Below are positions 62,941-64,000 of a stretch of DNA of 64,000 bases, in pieces (positions within the stretch are counted from its first letter, which is position 1; each line of letters begins with the position of its first letter). A model generated the notes under the pieces. The model did no database searches. It was given only the letters and a program-made list of their open reading frames with translations, and had not been told where the DNA came from. The position numbers were made by a program, and so were the translations under genes. Source of the DNA: Bdellovibrionota bacterium (GTDB lineage Bacteria; Bdellovibrionota; Bdellovibrionia; Bdellovibrionales; JAMPXM01); assembly GCA_963170185.1 (NCBI GenBank), contig CAUJGS010000106.1:2905-66904 (forward strand), written 5' to 3'.

Positions 62941-63771
62941 TTGCCGTCTGTTGTCGAAGACACACTTCGTGTCACCAATGATCCAAATGCCAGCATCGGC
63001 AAAATCAGCGATATCATTTCTCAAGACATGAGTTTGGCCACGCGTGTACTACGCCTGGCAAACTCGGGCTACTACGCCATCCCTGGCGGTGCCACAAGCA
63101 TCGAGCGCGCCGTCACGGTGCTCGGTATCGACAACGTCGCGCAGCTCGTTTACACGGCCGCGGTGTTCTCGCACTACGACCTCGCTTCGCGCGAACCATT
63201 TTCGATTCGTGAATTCTGGAAGCACTCGCTTGGAGTCGCGATGGCCAGCGAGACGATCGCGCGCGAACTTGGTCTAAAAGACCCTTCGCTGATCTTTCTC
63301 TCCGGCCTTATCCACGACATTGGAAAGCTCGTTCATTTTCAACTCGCTAAAGAAGAGTTCATGGGTATTTGTGAGTACGCAAAGACCGAGCGCATAACTG
63401 TTCTTGAAAGCGAAAACGCGCTCGGACACCCAGGTCACGATGCCCTCGGTTACGAACTTGTCCGCCAGTGGCGCATGCCACTGATGATCAAGGAGGCCGT
63501 GCTCCACCACCACGACATCACGGCACTGACCGCGACGACATCGACACTGGCTTACCCGCAACACGTCGGCGTGGTTCATCTCGCCAATCTGATTGTGCAT
63601 TCGCTGAAATTTGGAAGCAGTGGCCACGAAATCGTTCGTAACCCATCCGTCGAAGTCGTAAAACGCGTGCTCGGAAACGACCGCGTCCTCGTTCACCTCA
63701 TCAAATCGGTTAAGAGGACGCTGGAAAAGGTCGAACCCGTGCTCGGCGCCATGCTCCCGGCCGAAACCTAA
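62941..63771 (+). CDS. HDOD-domain signalling protein
   Basis: LPALPSVVEDTLRVTNDPNASIGKISDIISQDMSLATRVLRLANSGYY, then GLIHDIGKL, then HH..HH. The true start may lie upstream, because the frame is open back to about 62875 but offers no ATG, GTG or TTG. Confidence 0.75.
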   Translation: MPSVVEDTLRVTNDPNASIGKISDIISQDMSLATRVLRLANSGYYAIPGGATSIERAVTVLGIDNVAQLVYTAAVFSHYDLASREPFSIREFWKHSLGVAMASETIARELGLKDPSLIFLSGLIHDIGKLVHFQLAKEEFMGICEYAKTERITVLESENALGHPGHDALGYELVRQWRMPLMIKEAVLHHHDITALTATTSTLAYPQHVGVVHLANLIVHSLKFGSSGHEIVRNPSVEVVKRVLGNDRVLVHLIKSVKRTLEKVEPVLGAMLPAET

Positions 63772-64000
63772 AGCAGCTCTGAAGCCGTCTTGGCAATCGA
63801 AGTCGAATCGAGGCCATGCTTTTTATAAAGCTCAAGCGCCGAGTAAGCGCTCTGACCAAAATGATCGCCAACGCCAAGAGTTCGAAGCTTCATCGTTTCA
63901 CCAGACGTCGCTAGCGCGTGTGCGATCATCGCCCCCATGCCGCCAACTACTCGGTGATCCTCGACCGTGACAATCGCGCCGCCTGTTTTCGCTAGCGCTT
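63768..64000 (-). CDS. transketolase-family protein, C-terminal part (partial; continues beyond the window)
   Basis: The manual reverse translation reads ..AKTGGAIVTVEDHRVVGGMGAMIAHALATSGETMKLRTLGVGDHFGQSAYSALELYKKHGLDSTSIAKTASELL*. This matches the C-terminal domain pattern of the transketolase/DXS family (TVE(D/E)H..GG.G and FG(E/Q)S). Confidence 0.6.
   Translation of the reverse strand, partial: ALAKTGGAIVTVEDHRVVGGMGAMIAHALATSGETMKLRTLGVGDHFGQSAYSALELYKKHGLDSTSIAKTASELL

Noticed and set aside
1-64000. A search by eye for tRNA, rRNA, tmRNA, RNase P, SRP RNA, riboswitches, IS elements, integrases, toxin-antitoxin pairs and known defence genes.
   Set aside because: I recognised none in the intergenic regions or the ORF translations. 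An eye-scan cannot exclude small structured RNAs, so tRNAscan-SE, Infernal/Rfam and DefenseFinder or PADLOC runs would be decisive.

Overview
This is a 64-kb chromosomal window from a flagellated Gram-negative (diderm) bacterium. G+C is roughly 55-60% by eye, with two visibly AT-richer patches. I can support about 60 protein-coding genes. I recognise no rRNA, tRNA, CRISPR array, transposase, integrase or phage gene.

The gene content includes two short 275-aa flagellins, a FliW-CsrA pair, PilT and many signal-peptide proteins of unknown function. This is reminiscent of Bdellovibrionota or 'deltaproteobacterial' lineages, but that is inference only.

Main blocks:
- 5-2967: a three-gene secreted module, with two paralogous six-Cys small proteins flanking a ~670-aa Cys-rich secreted protein.
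- 3373-8739: two flagellin genes separated by a small secreted-protein gene, then a YcgR-like PilZ protein, an acidic hypothetical and MeaB.
- 9011-15056: envelope and housekeeping genes (poly-Lys protein, OMP-like protein, DUF4399 lipoprotein, heptose adenylyltransferase, RDD protein, RsmE, PrmA).
- 15232-20276: an AT-richer five-gene Dlt-like locus (MBOAT, cupin, adenylating enzyme, carrier protein, SGNH/DltD-like).
- 20299-23456: a CRTAC1/FG-GAP protein and a secreted hypothetical.
- 23705-34184: a minus-strand flagellar cluster, flgF-flgG-flgA-flgH-flgI-flgJ(like)-flgM-flgN-flgK-flgL-csrA-(gap)-fliW. A textbook sigma-54 -24/-12 element lies upstream of flgF, and an MltD-like lytic transglycosylase is encoded divergently.
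- 35873-49481: lysC, a membrane-anchored SBP translationally coupled to an orphan histidine kinase, an alpha/beta hydrolase, pgpA-cinA-recA, then divergent pilT-recX-alaS, then speB.
- 49550-64000: an SLT+SH3b wall enzyme with a partner, mutY, a TolB-like protein, a DAACS symporter, a low-GC pair of secreted unknowns, an RGG-tailed DEAD-box helicase, a hydrolase, pcnB-like, tatA, HDOD and a partial transketolase-family gene.

The most noteworthy non-standard signals:
- the Dlt-like locus in a diderm;
- a ~43-nt repeat family that starts 0-2 nt after a GCY-TAA stop of three unrelated genes;
- the six-Cys paralog module;
- GGA-containing leader structures on both flagellin mRNAs, next to fliW/csrA.

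All family calls come from motif recognition by eye. No BLAST, HMM or folding software was run.
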